NCBI GenBank assembly: GCA_963789265.1
Contig: CAWBKB010000005.1
Span: 224,001 to 288,000 of the forward strand
Origin: an uncultured delta proteobacterium
GTDB taxonomy: Bacteria > Desulfobacterota > Desulfomonilia > Desulfomonilales > Desulfomonilaceae
Length of the DNA: 64,000 nt
Direction of reading: 5' to 3'
Positions 53,649 to 64,000 of this stretch are shown here, one piece after another (the stretch's first letter is position 1; every line of letters begins with the position of its first letter). A program made the position numbers and the translations under genes. The notes under the pieces were generated by a model. It worked only from the letters and a program-made list of their open reading frames with translations. It had not been told where the DNA came from and did not search any database.

Positions 53649-56600
53649 CTAGTGATTTATGACTCGCCGCTCCGCTACAGTCTGTCCCAATTGAAATCGG
53701 GCAACACTGTCGGAAAATAGATCTGCTGTATGAGGATGGCAAGTGAAGAACAAAACTTGCACGCCCGTTTCTTCTGCAAATCTTGCGAGAGCGTCGGCAG
53801 TTCGACGTGCCCTCTCAGGATCGAAGTTCACCAGCACATCGTCCATCATCATGGGAATACTGAATTTATCCCTATGGTGCACGTCCAGATGGGCAAGCCT
53901 CATGGAAAGGTAAAGCTGCTCCAGCGTCCCGCGACTTAATTGTTCCTCTTCGATCCTTGTACCATCCTCGCGTTCCACTTTGACGCGATTCCCATCCAAC
54001 GGAAAGAGAACCTTTTCAAACGAACCACCTGTCACGGCGCTGAAGATTTCCGAACTTTGTGCGAGCAGTCTGGGCTGCTTTTCCGATTCGTACATTCTGA
54101 CTGTTCGGCTTAGCAAATCCGACGAGAGCTTGAAAACAATCCATTCCCTGATTCCGTCGCGGAACCGCGCAAGCAGTTCTTCTTTTTCCGCGAGTAGATG
54201 GTCCATTTCGTCTTCGGCCTCCAGAGTCTCGATCTCTTTGGTGAGCATACCGGCCTCTCTGGCGAGACCCTCGGACTCTTCTCTTAGTCGCTGTAAGTCC
54301 TTTGTCAAGGACTCTTCTCTGCGTTTATTCTCAGCCCAATCTTGCGTCTGTAGCTCCATGCGCAGTGCCGCTTCATCTTTCATTTTCAAGCCGGATGTCA
54401 GATTTTCGATGAGAACGCGGCGTTCCTGTTCGATGGTTTTGTGCCTTTCATGCTGTTGGGCAACCTGTCTGAATGATTCTTCATCGTTAACTCTCGCTGC
54501 TTCCATAAGAGCTTGTAGGCGGTTTTCAGCGGCCGTTATCTTCCTTCTCAACGCCTTTAAATTTAGCTCATGCTCCTTAACTCTCTCCACAAGGTCTTTC
54601 TTCTCAGAGAGAGCTTCAGATGCCTCTCTTTCGGCATGACTCCACCGCTCCACTTGATCTACAGGCGAAACATCCGAAGAAAGAAGTCGGCCCATTTTCT
54701 GAGACAACCCTCTCACTAGAACGGCGAACGCCTCCCATTCCTGCTTCAAGATTGCCAACGAGCGTTCTTGTTCGGCTAACTGTCGGGCTTTGCTTTTCAC
54801 TTCACGGAGGCGCTGAACCAATCCCAGCGCGGTTTCGGGCTTCAAACCTCTGCTCAGACCCTTGTCCTCAGCCAAATCGTCCCATTTTCGCTTCAGGGAT
54901 TCAAACTCGCTTTTCGAATCGTCCAGGAGTCTTAGCATCTCGGCGTTCCGGGCGTTCTCCATCTTCAAATCTGCTCTATCGGAATTTAAGCCGTCTTCGA
55001 GGACCCGGCGGCGGCGAAATGATTGCTCGGCAGCCATGGAGCGCCTTTCGGCTTCCAAGACGTCCTTCATGCCCGCATCGGGATCGCCCAACAAATCTCC
55101 AGCGATCTGTCGAAGGTTCTGTCTCAAATCATGGGTCTGCTTAAGGAGCGAACGACGCTCGTTTTCAATTTCCCCGATCTCACGCGTGACATCATCTCTC
55201 TTTGCCAGCAGGGCTTCCCTCTCACTCTGGATGCGGGACCGACGCCGGCGCAACTCAAGGACTTTCGACCCACCAACCAAGATACTGAACAGAATAGTGC
55301 ACGAACCGGTGCCAAACAGAAATAGGGAGATACGGGCCGAACTTAGCCACGCAAATATCAGCATTCCGATGCCGGCTGTAGTGAGCAGCGCAATGAGTGT
55401 CCCAAAGAAGACAGGAGACATTACCGATGCGGGTTCAGTCTCCAACCTCTTCAGCTCTTTATCCAATGCTTCCCGGTCCGACACGAGAAGCCTCGCCTTT
55501 TCGTCTTTGTCGGAAAGACGCTCGTCCAGTCTGTCAATGTTGTTTCGAATCTCCTTCCATTCCTGGAGTCCGTTACGAACGGCAGGCTCAAGATAACCGT
55601 TGCAGAGCGGCATAATCTGGGCCAATTCCCCGGCCTTACGCGCTATCTTCTCTTCCTGCAATTTCAGCCGTTCCGTCGATTCGAGCAGCCGCGTTTCCAG
55701 GCTCGCTATCTTCGATCCAATGTATTGCAGTGAATCCATAAACGTCCGGATTTCTTCTTCCAGAACCAGCGATGGGTCCGATCGGGCGACCCGTTCGCGA
55801 TTCCAACTATTTCCAAAACTCGCAATCTCTTCGTCGAGGCTGCGGTTGGACTGGGCAATGGTGGATTCCAATTGCTGCATTTCCAAGGGCCGGCGGGCCA
55901 GGCTGCCTGCATCGCGAGTGAGCGAGCGGATCGAATCGCCATGCTCCAGAAGCACCGTGTCCGGCTTCAACATACTAAGTTGCTTCCGCAGAAGATCCAG
56001 GCGCTCTTCCAGGGCCGAGGATTCTTGCAAGGCTTCCTGTTTTCCGGCCAGAGCATGTTCCAATCGGGTGACTCCATCCATCGGAAAATCACGTGCATCT
56101 GCAAGCTGCAACGCCTGATTGTCCAAAGAGACCAGCTTTCTCCATTGTTCTTCACAACGGTTGATGTCTGCCAAGTTTTGCAGACAAGCCTCCTTAGTCT
56201 CTATTTCTGCCCCAATTTGGCCGCGCCTATGATCGACCATGGCGAGGTGCGTCTTAAGCTCAGAATATTTTGCCGGTTGTTGAGCGAGCTTATTCAGGCT
56301 TTTGTCCAGCGCGCTCATACGTGATTGAATGACCCAGAGCGAGTCATCCTCTTTCTGGGATTGTTTCATTAGACTTTTCAGGCGCTCGCCCAACTTTTTG
56401 AGGATGTCCAAGGGATTCGCCGCGACCGACCCCAGTGCCGCAGAAACTACTCTACCTCGAAGAGCTTCCTGGTCCAACTGTCGCAACCCCTCCAGATCAA
56501 AAGCAAAAAGCGTTTCGTAGGCACTTCTCTGGACTCCTGAGGCAAACAACGGGACTGTTGCAGCGTCCAACTCGTTCCCCTGTTCGTCTGAAATCGTTAG

Positions 56601-56890
56601 AATCCCCTCCTTGGAACCAGCTTTTTCAGCCCGCTGGATATGGATTTTCGGCCCTTGTCCAATGCGGACGACCACCCGGCCCTTTCGGAGGTACTGTCGA
56701 GGGTCTCATAGTTATTTGTCCTCCCGCTCTTTCTTCTGAAGCCAAAGAGAACGCAGCGCATAAATTCTAAGATTGTGCTCTTTCCCGCTTCGTTTGGGCC
56801 GACAATCACCGTCAGTCCCGGGCGGAGATCACTAATCGTCACCTGCTTACAGGCACCGAAGCTCTCAATAATTATTTCCTGTACCCACAT
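53649..56890 (-). CDS. YhaN-like (AAA_27, SMC/Rad50-like) ATPase, indel near 56685
   Basis: GPNEAGKST, long coiled coil interrupted by two TM helices, LSRGTLEQLYLSMRLA, MDDVLVNFD, FTCH. Confidence 0.9.
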
Positions 56891-56960
56891 CCCCACCTGT
56901 CCTTATGACCCCTATCTAGGGATTTTGTTTGAGGGCGACGAGTTGAACGCTCATCGCTTT

Positions 56961-58265
56961 TCATGGGCGTTTTTCTCCAGGTTCCATGAACATCCGAGCC
57001 ACGAGATTCGCGGCCTCGTCCACCAACGTTGCAAGGGCCTCAGGGTCATCTTTCAATGCTTCCAGGTTAAGCTGTGGGACGACATAGCGTCTATGCAGCT
57101 TTTTCAAGAGCTCAGCTTGAACACCACTGAGAAGATTGTCTCGCGTGGCGGGATCCTCGGCGGATCGCCGGCACAGGTCGAGAAAGTCGCCCAGAAAGCC
57201 TTCTTCATTTCTCAGGGTTTCCAGATCCGTGAATGATCGAGTCGAATCGCGGATAGATTCGAGAAACACCGGTAGTGGGAGGATTGCCAAGCGTTCACAC
57301 AGCACCTCGAAAAACTCTGCATCCTTATTGGCCATTTTGAGGTCCTGCAGACCGCACTCCCCTGTTAAGTTTAGACGTACCACGAGAGCCCTGACGGTAT
57401 CTGTGTCGGCAGAAGTAAAAGGAGTACTGGAGCAGACCGCCTCGGCAGCTTCCACGAGATCCTCGGAGTTCTGACAATCCGACACATTCAGGTCCATATT
57501 GAGCCAATAAACGGGCGCCAAAGGAACGAACTGTGCAGACGCAGAACCAACGGCATCGGCACTGACCAGATAACAACCACAAGGCCCGCTTTCGTTGATG
57601 TGAGCCCCCTGGCTCGTCCCAGGATACAGAATTAGAGGGTCCTGACATAGGACTTCGCATGAATGAACGTGGCCCAAACACCAAATATCCATCCCCGCGA
57701 TCCTCAGATCTTCCTGAGTGCATGGTGCATAGTTTTCGTGTCCCGATCTCCCAGCGACATTCGTATGCACCACTCCGATGGCTAAATCCACTCCTGGGTC
57801 ACGGTGAAATTTACGTACAAGGTTGTCCGTTGTCACAGTCCTCTCGAAGCTCGCTCCGCAAATCACAACACCATCAGTCTGTTCCACTGTGGCAAGCCGC
57901 ATTCCTTCCGGGCTCGGCCCGAATAGGTGTAGGCCCGGCAAGGTTCGCAAGGACTCGGGAAAACTCTTTAGCGGGTCGTGGTTGCCAACTGCCATGTAAA
58001 CGGGGATACTCGCTTCATAAAGGCGCTCCAGACCGTTTTTAAATGCGACCCTGGCGCGTACCGTAGGGTTTGCCGCGTCAAACACGTCACCGCCAATGGT
58101 CAAAAAATCAACCTTCCGATCGATCGCTGTAGTGACAATCCGGTCCCAGGCGTCGTATCCTGACTTCAAGAAAAGATCTCCCAGTTCCGGACTTGACCGC
58201 CTCAAGCCGGAGAAAGGTCGGCCCAAGTGGATGTCCGCGGCGTGGATGAATCTCAGAGTTGACAT
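56961..58265 (-). CDS. YhaO-like (Mre11/SbcD family) metallophosphoesterase / DNA repair exonuclease
   Basis: FIHAADIHLG, GGDVFD, GNHD, LGHVH, YPGTSQG. Confidence 0.9.
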   Translation of the reverse strand: MSTLRFIHAADIHLGRPFSGLRRSSPELGDLFLKSGYDAWDRIVTTAIDRKVDFLTIGGDVFDAANPTVRARVAFKNGLERLYEASIPVYMAVGNHDPLKSFPESLRTLPGLHLFGPSPEGMRLATVEQTDGVVICGASFERTVTTDNLVRKFHRDPGVDLAIGVVHTNVAGRSGHENYAPCTQEDLRIAGMDIWCLGHVHSCEVLCQDPLILYPGTSQGAHINESGPCGCYLVSADAVGSASAQFVPLAPVYWLNMDLNVSDCQNSEDLVEAAEAVCSSTPFTSADTDTVRALVVRLNLTGECGLQDLKMANKDAEFFEVLCERLAILPLPVFLESIRDSTRSFTDLETLRNEEGFLGDFLDLCRRSAEDPATRDNLLSGVQAELLKKLHRRYVVPQLNLEALKDDPEALATLVDEAANLVARMFMEPGEKRP

Positions 58266-58449
58266 GTTTGGAAGGCTCCGTTTGAGTCTTGTGTCCTGGT
58301 TTGCACAGAGGATCGCCCGTTCCTATATCACATTTGCAGGTCGGACGGTCACTTTTGATTCCAGTGGCTTTGACCCGCCGGCCAACCTGAGCTAATGCTT
58401 GCGACGTGGTAAATAAAGTCTCTGCCGAAAATCTGGGCCCCGGCTGCAC

Positions 58450-59596
58450 ATGTTTGCCTGTATTTCGTATAGTAACCATTTAGACAAGGAGTCGATAGTG
58501 ATCGCAATCTGGGCGTCTTTGTTGTGTGCGCTGGTCTTTTGTCCGCCGGCACTACTGGCCTCGGACGTTACCGTCGCCGGGGTGGGACCGCGACTAGTTT
58601 TGAGTTTCCCTAAAGACCACGGCAAACACCCTGACTTTCAAACAGAATGGTGGTATTTCACAGGGAATCTGGATTCTGACAAGGATCGTAAATGGGGATT
58701 CCAATTGACTTTTTTTCGCCGAACCTTCGTCAGGACACCCGCACGCAAACTGTCCGCGTGGGCCGTCAGAGATCTATTCCCGGCCCATTTTGCCCTCACG
58801 GACATTTCTAACCGTACCTTCTTCCATTCCGAGCTTCTAACTCGAAAAGGTCCCGGCCTCGCTCACGCGGCCTCTGACGATCTCGATGTGAGCGTCAAAG
58901 ACTGGTATGCGAAAAGACTGAAAAACGAGATACTCATCGCAGCCCGACATCAGAACTATGCCCTGGACCTTCGGCTTGTCCCGGAGAAGCCGGTCGTCCT
59001 CCAAGGCGACGCGGGGTACAGTCAAAAAGGGGACTCCAAAGGTCAAGCTTCCTATTACTACTCTTTCACGAGACTCAAGGCGAAGGGGACTTTAACATTC
59101 AAAGGAAACAGCCACAAGGTCGCAGGACTGGCCTGGATGGACCACGAATTCGGTTCGAGCATGCTTCAGGGCGACCAGAGCGGATGGGATTGGTTCGCTT
59201 TACAGCTTGATGATGGAACTGAAGTCATGGTATTTCACCTGCGAAAGAAGGATAACACCTTTGAGCGATCTTTCGGAACTTTCGGTACCTAAGAAGGGCC
59301 CTGCCATCGACCTGGGGGACGAACCGGTAGCGATTTTGCCTACTGGAACCTGGACTAGCCCTGTGACCAGGGCAGTTTATCCTTCCGGCTGGACCGTGGA
59401 AATCCCCGGTCGCAACATCAGACTTAAGGTTACACCCGCAATTGAAGCCCAAGAGCTTGCCTCGGGATCGCCAATCGGAATCATTTACTGGGAGGGAGCG
59501 GTAATCGTCAAAGGGTTTCGAGATGGAAAGAAAGTTACAGGTCGGGGCTACGCGGAACTCACCGGATATGCTCGTTCAATGAAGGGACGCCTCTGA
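58450..59596 (+). CDS. CrtC/AttH-like lipocalin-fold secreted protein, indel near 59283
   Basis: FPKDHGKHPDFQTEWWYFTG, SYYYS, WMDHEFGS, GWDWF, YPSGW, YWEG, GYAELTGY. Confidence 0.88.
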
Positions 59597-59682
59597 AGCC
59601 CGCCCCAGTTCTTGAAATAATTGCTATTGACAGGATGTTGTCTTCTCCTGTAGGGAGAATATGCGGTGGAGGTGAGGAGCAC

Positions 59683-59766
59683 ATGGAGATACTGTTAGTA
59701 GTATCTGTAACAACGGCGGTTCTTTGGCTTGCTTTCGGAAATAAGAAAGACTGGTCGGGAATGTAA
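59683..59766 (+). CDS. 27-aa single-helix membrane peptide
   Basis: GGAGGTGAGGAG RBS; MEILLVVSVTTAVLWLAFGNKKDWSGM. Confidence 0.5.
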   Translation: MEILLVVSVTTAVLWLAFGNKKDWSGM

Positions 59767-59797
59767 GAGGTCGGCTGGCCGACTGCGTAAACAACTG

Positions 59798-59852
59798 GAC
59801 CGGAAGTCTCTGTACCAAGGATCTAGATCAGAGGCTTTCGGTCTCTAATTTT
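59798..59852 (+). terminator. Stem-loop, possible intrinsic terminator
   Basis: GACCGGAAGTCTCTG / CAGAGGCTTTCGGTC arms followed by a T-rich tract. Confidence 0.45.
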
Positions 59853-60068
59853 ACTGCCGCGCTGCCCTAGCGATTGGTCGTTTCATCAAGGAACTATGTT
59901 CGGAAGCGGACGGACGCGTGGCCAGCTACTGACCGGACGCCTGAAACCGGCAATAATCAAGCCGCGTCTCGCGCAACTCATGCCGAAATTGGTGGCGGTT
60001 TGTGAGGAGGGGCGAGAGGATCTCATGTTTGAAAAGATCCTCCCAAGTAGTTCCCCACAGCTTATAGA

Positions 60069-60353
60069 TCACTGATTGGCCGGCATTGGCCTGGAAGAGC
60101 GGTGCCTGGACCTCATAGGTTTGGGCTGCATTTGACCGTACGCAGCCTGGCCGGGATAACCGTAGTATCCGTACCCATAATTGTATCCGTACCCATACCC
60201 CGCATAGGGAGCTGCTCCCGCACTGTAGCTGCTGCCTGCCCCTGACCAGGGGATACCGCAGTTGAATCAACTCGCCCCTGCGGCGAAAGGCACGATTGCG
60301 ATGGCAAAGACAGCCACCACAAGAAATAACCTAACCGGCTTAATCCACTGCAT
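60069..60353 (-). CDS. Candidate exported selenoprotein (UxxC + Gly/Tyr-rich tail), 94 aa with in-frame TGA at codon 29
   Basis: GAAGGAGG RBS; MQWIKPVRLFLVVAVFAIAIVPFAAGAS-U-FNCGIPWSGAGSSYSAGAAPYAGYGYGYNYGYGYYGYPGQAAYGQMQPKPMRSRHRSSRPMPANQ; TGA at 60267-60269 followed by a hairpin. Confidence 0.65.
60232..60261 (-). promoter_or_regulatory. Putative bacterial SECIS element
   Basis: UGA-UUCAA-CUGC-GGUAU-CCCCU[GGUC]AGGGG-CAG-GCAG; G/GU-containing apical loop about 20 nt after the UGA. Confidence 0.6.
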
Positions 60354-60666
60354 CCTTTCCTCCTTCAAAATGACACATGACTAACGGGAGAGTTATATGT
60401 ACCCTACCGGGGGACCTTTGTCATCTTTTTTCTGCCGGCTGCCATCATTCTCGGATATCTTAAAGAATCTGCGCTATTGGTAGAGTTCAACGGCTGCCGC
60501 CTGCGCGCTACCGATTTCAAAGGGCCATTGTCCACTAGTGGACCATGCGTCCGGCAGGCGCCATGACTTCGGCGCCATCAATAAAAAGGGCGACTCGACG
60601 GTCGCCCTAGCAGCAAATATCATTTGTCAAATTGTGTTTCTCAGCACGCTATCCCAAAGCGTTTAT

Positions 60667-60930
60667 CTACTCTTTTCGGCAGATCTGGTCTTTCAAAGCT
60701 TCAGACGACCAGACCGCCATTGGACCGCACGCGCCGCGAGCGTCTATGCGGCAGCGATAGCCTGTTCTCGTGACTCCCTGCCCATCAAGAGCGTCCCAAC
60801 TGTTCTTGAAATAGCAGCATTCATCATTAAAGCAGACATAATGCGTTTCGCCGCCCCACGATGAATCAATCGGGGTCTTAATCGGATCCATCTCGCTGCC
60901 ACAGTGCGGGCATGTGGGATCTTTGTCCAT
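60667..60930 (-). CDS. Zinc-ribbon domain protein
   Basis: CPHCG...YVCFNDECCYF; GGAGG RBS. Confidence 0.75.
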   Translation of the reverse strand: MDKDPTCPHCGSEMDPIKTPIDSSWGGETHYVCFNDECCYFKNSWDALDGQGVTRTGYRCRIDARGACGPMAVWSSEALKDQICRKE

Positions 60931-61163
60931 TTCTTGACCTCCTGCTTGCCCGAAAATGGCATCTGAAGTCTTTCTCGGGCTGTATTTTCACCGATTTGTC
61001 GTTGGATAATTTGCGATGTTTGCTCTGTTCCTTACGCCGAAGGATTCTCGGCCACGCGTTATCCGTCCGGTAGGTGATCTTCTTTTATAAGTAGACCTTT
61101 CTACCCAATAAATCAAGGATCTGCCGCATTGTTGCCCGAGCGTTCGGGAAAAATATCAATGAG

Positions 61164-62258
61164 TCAATCGAACAACCTATATTTTCTGTAGAAGAATGGT
61201 TTGAGGACCTTCAATCCTAATATTGACACGACGGGCTTGATCCATGAACCAATGCGGCTGTTGCTCCCTAAACACCTGCGACAGTATGGGTTGACAAGAC
61301 GACCCCGCCTAAAACCTCTCATTACTCGTTCAAGTTCAGCGCCGGAGAGAATTTCGAGGAGAGATGAATCCTTGAGGCTTCCCAGCGAGGTGCGGCCATC
61401 GAAGTCTACACAGCACAATACCACCTCTCCTGAGTAAAGAATGGCAAAATGGTCCCGCATCCCAAAACAATAGCCGTATGCCGCCTCTACGATGTCTGCT
61501 CCAGAGAAGGCATTACCCCAGTCTGTAAGTACGTAAGTCTCTATGAAGATATTGGGGCTAATCTCAATTACGTTCCATCCGTGAATGCCGATCTTCTTCA
61601 GCCTTTGGGCCAGGTGCCCGGCCGCGCAGCTAGGACCGAGGCGCCGATAAATAATCTGAGCCCATTCTCGGACGGAATTTCTAAGAGCCTTTGAGCTTCC
61701 CATAAAATTGGGGATTCCAAGCTCATCTCGCATCTGTTTTGCGAAAGACGTGGTCATTATACGAATTTTGAAAATAGGAGGCGAAGGTCTGGCTGCACGC
61801 ACGACCAACAGATCCAGTACTCTTGCTCGATAGTCTTCGAAATCCATGCGAGTTCCGCGGGTGGCAAGGAAACTGTCCTCATCAGGAGTTTGCAGGGAAA
61901 TATCTATTTGGTGCAGGTCTCGCTCGGCTAGTGCTTTTATGGTTTGAGGGTTCAGGAGAGCGCCGTTCGTGGTGAGCCCTACCGGCAGATTTCGAGCGCG
62001 AGCATGATCTAGAATGTCAAGAAACCCGGGGTGCAGAAGCGGTTCTCCCATCACGTGAAAAGTTACCTTCTCTGCCAAATCAAGCTCAGAAATCTGATCC
62101 AGAGCAGATCGAGCCAATGCCTCATTCATTACCCCGCGCTTACGCGTCATCATAGAGTCCGGGCAGAACAGACAAGAGAAGTTGCACCTGTTGGTTAACT
62201 CCAGATGTATTCGTTTAAACTTCTTCGGAAGATAAGGCGGTAATTTCTTGTGAGTCAC
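61164..62258 (-). CDS. Radical SAM protein with SPASM/twitch domain
   Basis: ELTNRCNFSCLFC, MGEPLLHP, TTNG, YCFG...GEVVLCCVDFDG...YCRRC. Confidence 0.9.
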   Translation of the reverse strand: MTHKKLPPYLPKKFKRIHLELTNRCNFSCLFCPDSMMTRKRGVMNEALARSALDQISELDLAEKVTFHVMGEPLLHPGFLDILDHARARNLPVGLTTNGALLNPQTIKALAERDLHQIDISLQTPDEDSFLATRGTRMDFEDYRARVLDLLVVRAARPSPPIFKIRIMTTSFAKQMRDELGIPNFMGSSKALRNSVREWAQIIYRRLGPSCAAGHLAQRLKKIGIHGWNVIEISPNIFIETYVLTDWGNAFSGADIVEAAYGYCFGMRDHFAILYSGEVVLCCVDFDGRTSLGSLKDSSLLEILSGAELERVMRGFRRGRLVNPYCRRCLGSNSRIGSWIKPVVSILGLKVLKPFFYRKYRLFD

Positions 62259-63066
62259 GTACTACCTTTTCTTTGACAGACTATGAATCTTGCTCATCTG
62301 ATAATGGACCCTTGCACTTACATCCGGAAAGAACAAGTATCCGGTTTATTTGAGGATGATCACGGGCGCGAGGATACCCAACGCCTGTCATAGCTCCATT
62401 CCTGTGGCCGGCCCAAGTTTCGCCGGCGCAAAGACAAGTTAGGATTACCCTGTCATGATGTCAAGTTGACCGTCTAATACCAGAGCGCGATCAAACAGTG
62501 AACAGTCAAGGAAATACAGCACGGATCCGACAAAGCCTCCCGCGGAACGCGGGATGGCACCCAGGGCCCGATCCTGATGGGATGTTGGGTGCCACTGACC
62601 TGAGCACCATCATGGCGCCAGGTCAGTGCCGTTTGCTATCGGCCCATTCTCACTTGTTTGAAAGCGAATCGGTATAAGAAGTGGCTGCCTAACGCTCAGC
62701 CGGACCGTGAACCGGCTATTGAAGCTGTCCGAAGGTCGTAATCTCTTGCCTGTCTGACGGCCTGCTTTGAGATAAGAGTTCGGTGATGCGCAGGGTTATG
62801 TAATCCCGACAAGTGATCCGTAACTAATGTTTTGTCTTCACGGATAGTTGAACATATTGTAAGCATACAAGCCGCTCTTTTTTTTGCTTGACCCACGTAG
62901 TGACTTCGTGTAAGTAACCTTCGACACTCTATGATGGAGCGTCAGGCACCAAATGATTTTCCAACGAAAAGCCATTTCTTGCCTTGGGGGCGGGAAAACA
63001 AATAACGAATAAAGCAACAGATGAAAACCGGGGCTGGACCTGCTCTTGCGGTAATGGGCCGAGGAA

Positions 63067-64000
63067 ATGTCAATGGACAGAAAGGGCCAACGCACGCTGA
63101 AGGGAAGCGACCGAATTCTTGCCGGGCCCGATATGCTCCCAGAATCTGCGATTGCTTCACAAACAATTGATCTGGACGGCATTTTCACCCGTGATGTGAC
63201 CACATCGGGAAGCTTTGATTTTCGAAAAATCAAGAACGTCACCTTCGGCAAATTATTGGAAGCGATGCCCATACCCACCCTCTTGATTGATGCGGGGCAT
63301 TGCATAGTATTCGCTAACGAAGCGGCAAAGAGGATGGCCAATGACGGCGACACTCTTATTGGGCGCCCGTTTTCATCCCTATTCCCGGACGCGGCCGACA
63401 GCAAACAGGCATTGCAGGAATTGAACAGGATCTTTGCCTGCCGAAGGATCGGTTTGTTTGAAGCCCTTGTGGACATAGACCAAAAGTCCTTCTGGTGCCG
63501 GCTGAATCTACGTTCCATCCGATTCAGAGATTCCCGATTGGCCCTGTCTCTTGTCGAAGACCTGACCGCCGAACGAAAACAACTCATCATAAGCAAGAAG
63601 TATGAGCAATTAGTTGGTGTATTTCCGATTGGTATCGGAGAATTCGCACTAACGCGTCACATATCGTGGAATAGACCTGTATCCGAATTGCTGCACTCTC
63701 TATCAGACGCTAAATTGATTGGAGGCAACGGCGAGTTGGCTAGAATGTGCGGAGCGAACTGTATAGAAGACGTGAGGGGAGTCCGCATGAAAAAGTTGTT
63801 CCCCTTGAACGAGGCTTATACTGAGCAACTGTTCTCCTGGCTAACCGACGGGTGTCCTGTTCGTTCCTTTGAGATAAAAGAAGCCGGATCTGATGGGGTG
63901 ACAAGATACTTTGAAACTACGTTAGTAGGAAATGTGAAAAGTCGATACGTCTTTGGATTCTGGGTCATGAGGCAGGACGTGACGCACCGGAAGGAGGCCG
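63067..64000 (+). CDS. PAS-domain sensor protein (5' part, runs off window)
   Basis: Manual translation ...TIDLDGIFTRDVTTSGSFD...FGKLLEAMPIPTLLID..IVFANEA...LVEDLTAERK; open frame to the window end; GAGG RBS. Confidence 0.8.
   Translation, partial: MSMDRKGQRTLKGSDRILAGPDMLPESAIASQTIDLDGIFTRDVTTSGSFDFRKIKNVTFGKLLEAMPIPTLLIDAGHCIVFANEAAKRMANDGDTLIGRPFSSLFPDAADSKQALQELNRIFACRRIGLFEALVDIDQKSFWCRLNLRSIRFRDSRLALSLVEDLTAERKQLIISKKYEQLVGVFPIGIGEFALTRHISWNRPVSELLHSLSDAKLIGGNGELARMCGANCIEDVRGVRMKKLFPLNEAYTEQLFSWLTDGCPVRSFEIKEAGSDGVTRYFETTLVGNVKSRYVFGFWVMRQDVTHRKEA

Noticed and set aside
53980..56324. Long plus-strand Ser/Arg-rich ORFs, and similar antisense ORFs elsewhere
   Set aside because: They are antisense shadows of well-supported genes and contain no motifs.
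53649..58265. yhaO/yhaN pair as a novel anti-phage system
   Set aside because: This is a widespread, known Mre11/Rad50-like pair with no defence-island context here.
60267..60269. TGA reassigned genome-wide to Trp or Gly
   Set aside because: Many genes here (secF, holB, hicB, queH) end in TGA at their expected C-termini.
59926..60322. Track ORFs 59926-60270 and 60113-60322
   Set aside because: They are alternative frames of the Gly/Tyr-rich gene and lack an RBS or coherent composition.
62838..63596. 252-aa minus-strand ORF
   Set aside because: It is the antisense shadow of the plus-strand PAS protein, which the track missed because it runs off the window.

Overview
A 64-kb, roughly 54% GC (by eye) bacterial chromosome segment. 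Gene content and style fit an anaerobic deltaproteobacterium, Desulfomonile-like by my inference. It encodes a MarC protein, an arylsulfatase with its anaerobic maturase, hicAB, rsmA, and a surface-glycan cluster (glycosyltransferases, methyltransferase, wzm/wzt, divergent B12 radical SAM). It also carries a glutaryl-CoA dehydrogenase-like enzyme, the tgt-yajC-secDF-holB-PSP1-selB-queH run, a giant ankyrin protein, qmoAB followed by an HdrD-like gene, rluD, selA, mtaB, a sulfide-dependent homocysteine synthesis trio, yhaO/yhaN, a CrtC/AttH-like protein, a radical SAM/SPASM enzyme and the start of a PAS sensor. About 14 genes are split by single-base indels, most likely long-read assembly errors. 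The top finding is an ORF absent from the supplied track (60069-60353, minus strand). It has a strong RBS, a signal peptide, an in-frame TGA forming a UxxC motif, a SECIS-like hairpin right after that TGA, and a Gly/Tyr-rich tail. It is a candidate exported selenoprotein, in a window that encodes SelA and SelB. Other features missing from the track include a 56-aa, 10-Cys desulforedoxin-like protein, a 27-aa membrane peptide, a 125-bp MITE with a target-site duplication and a dispersed micro-palindrome family.
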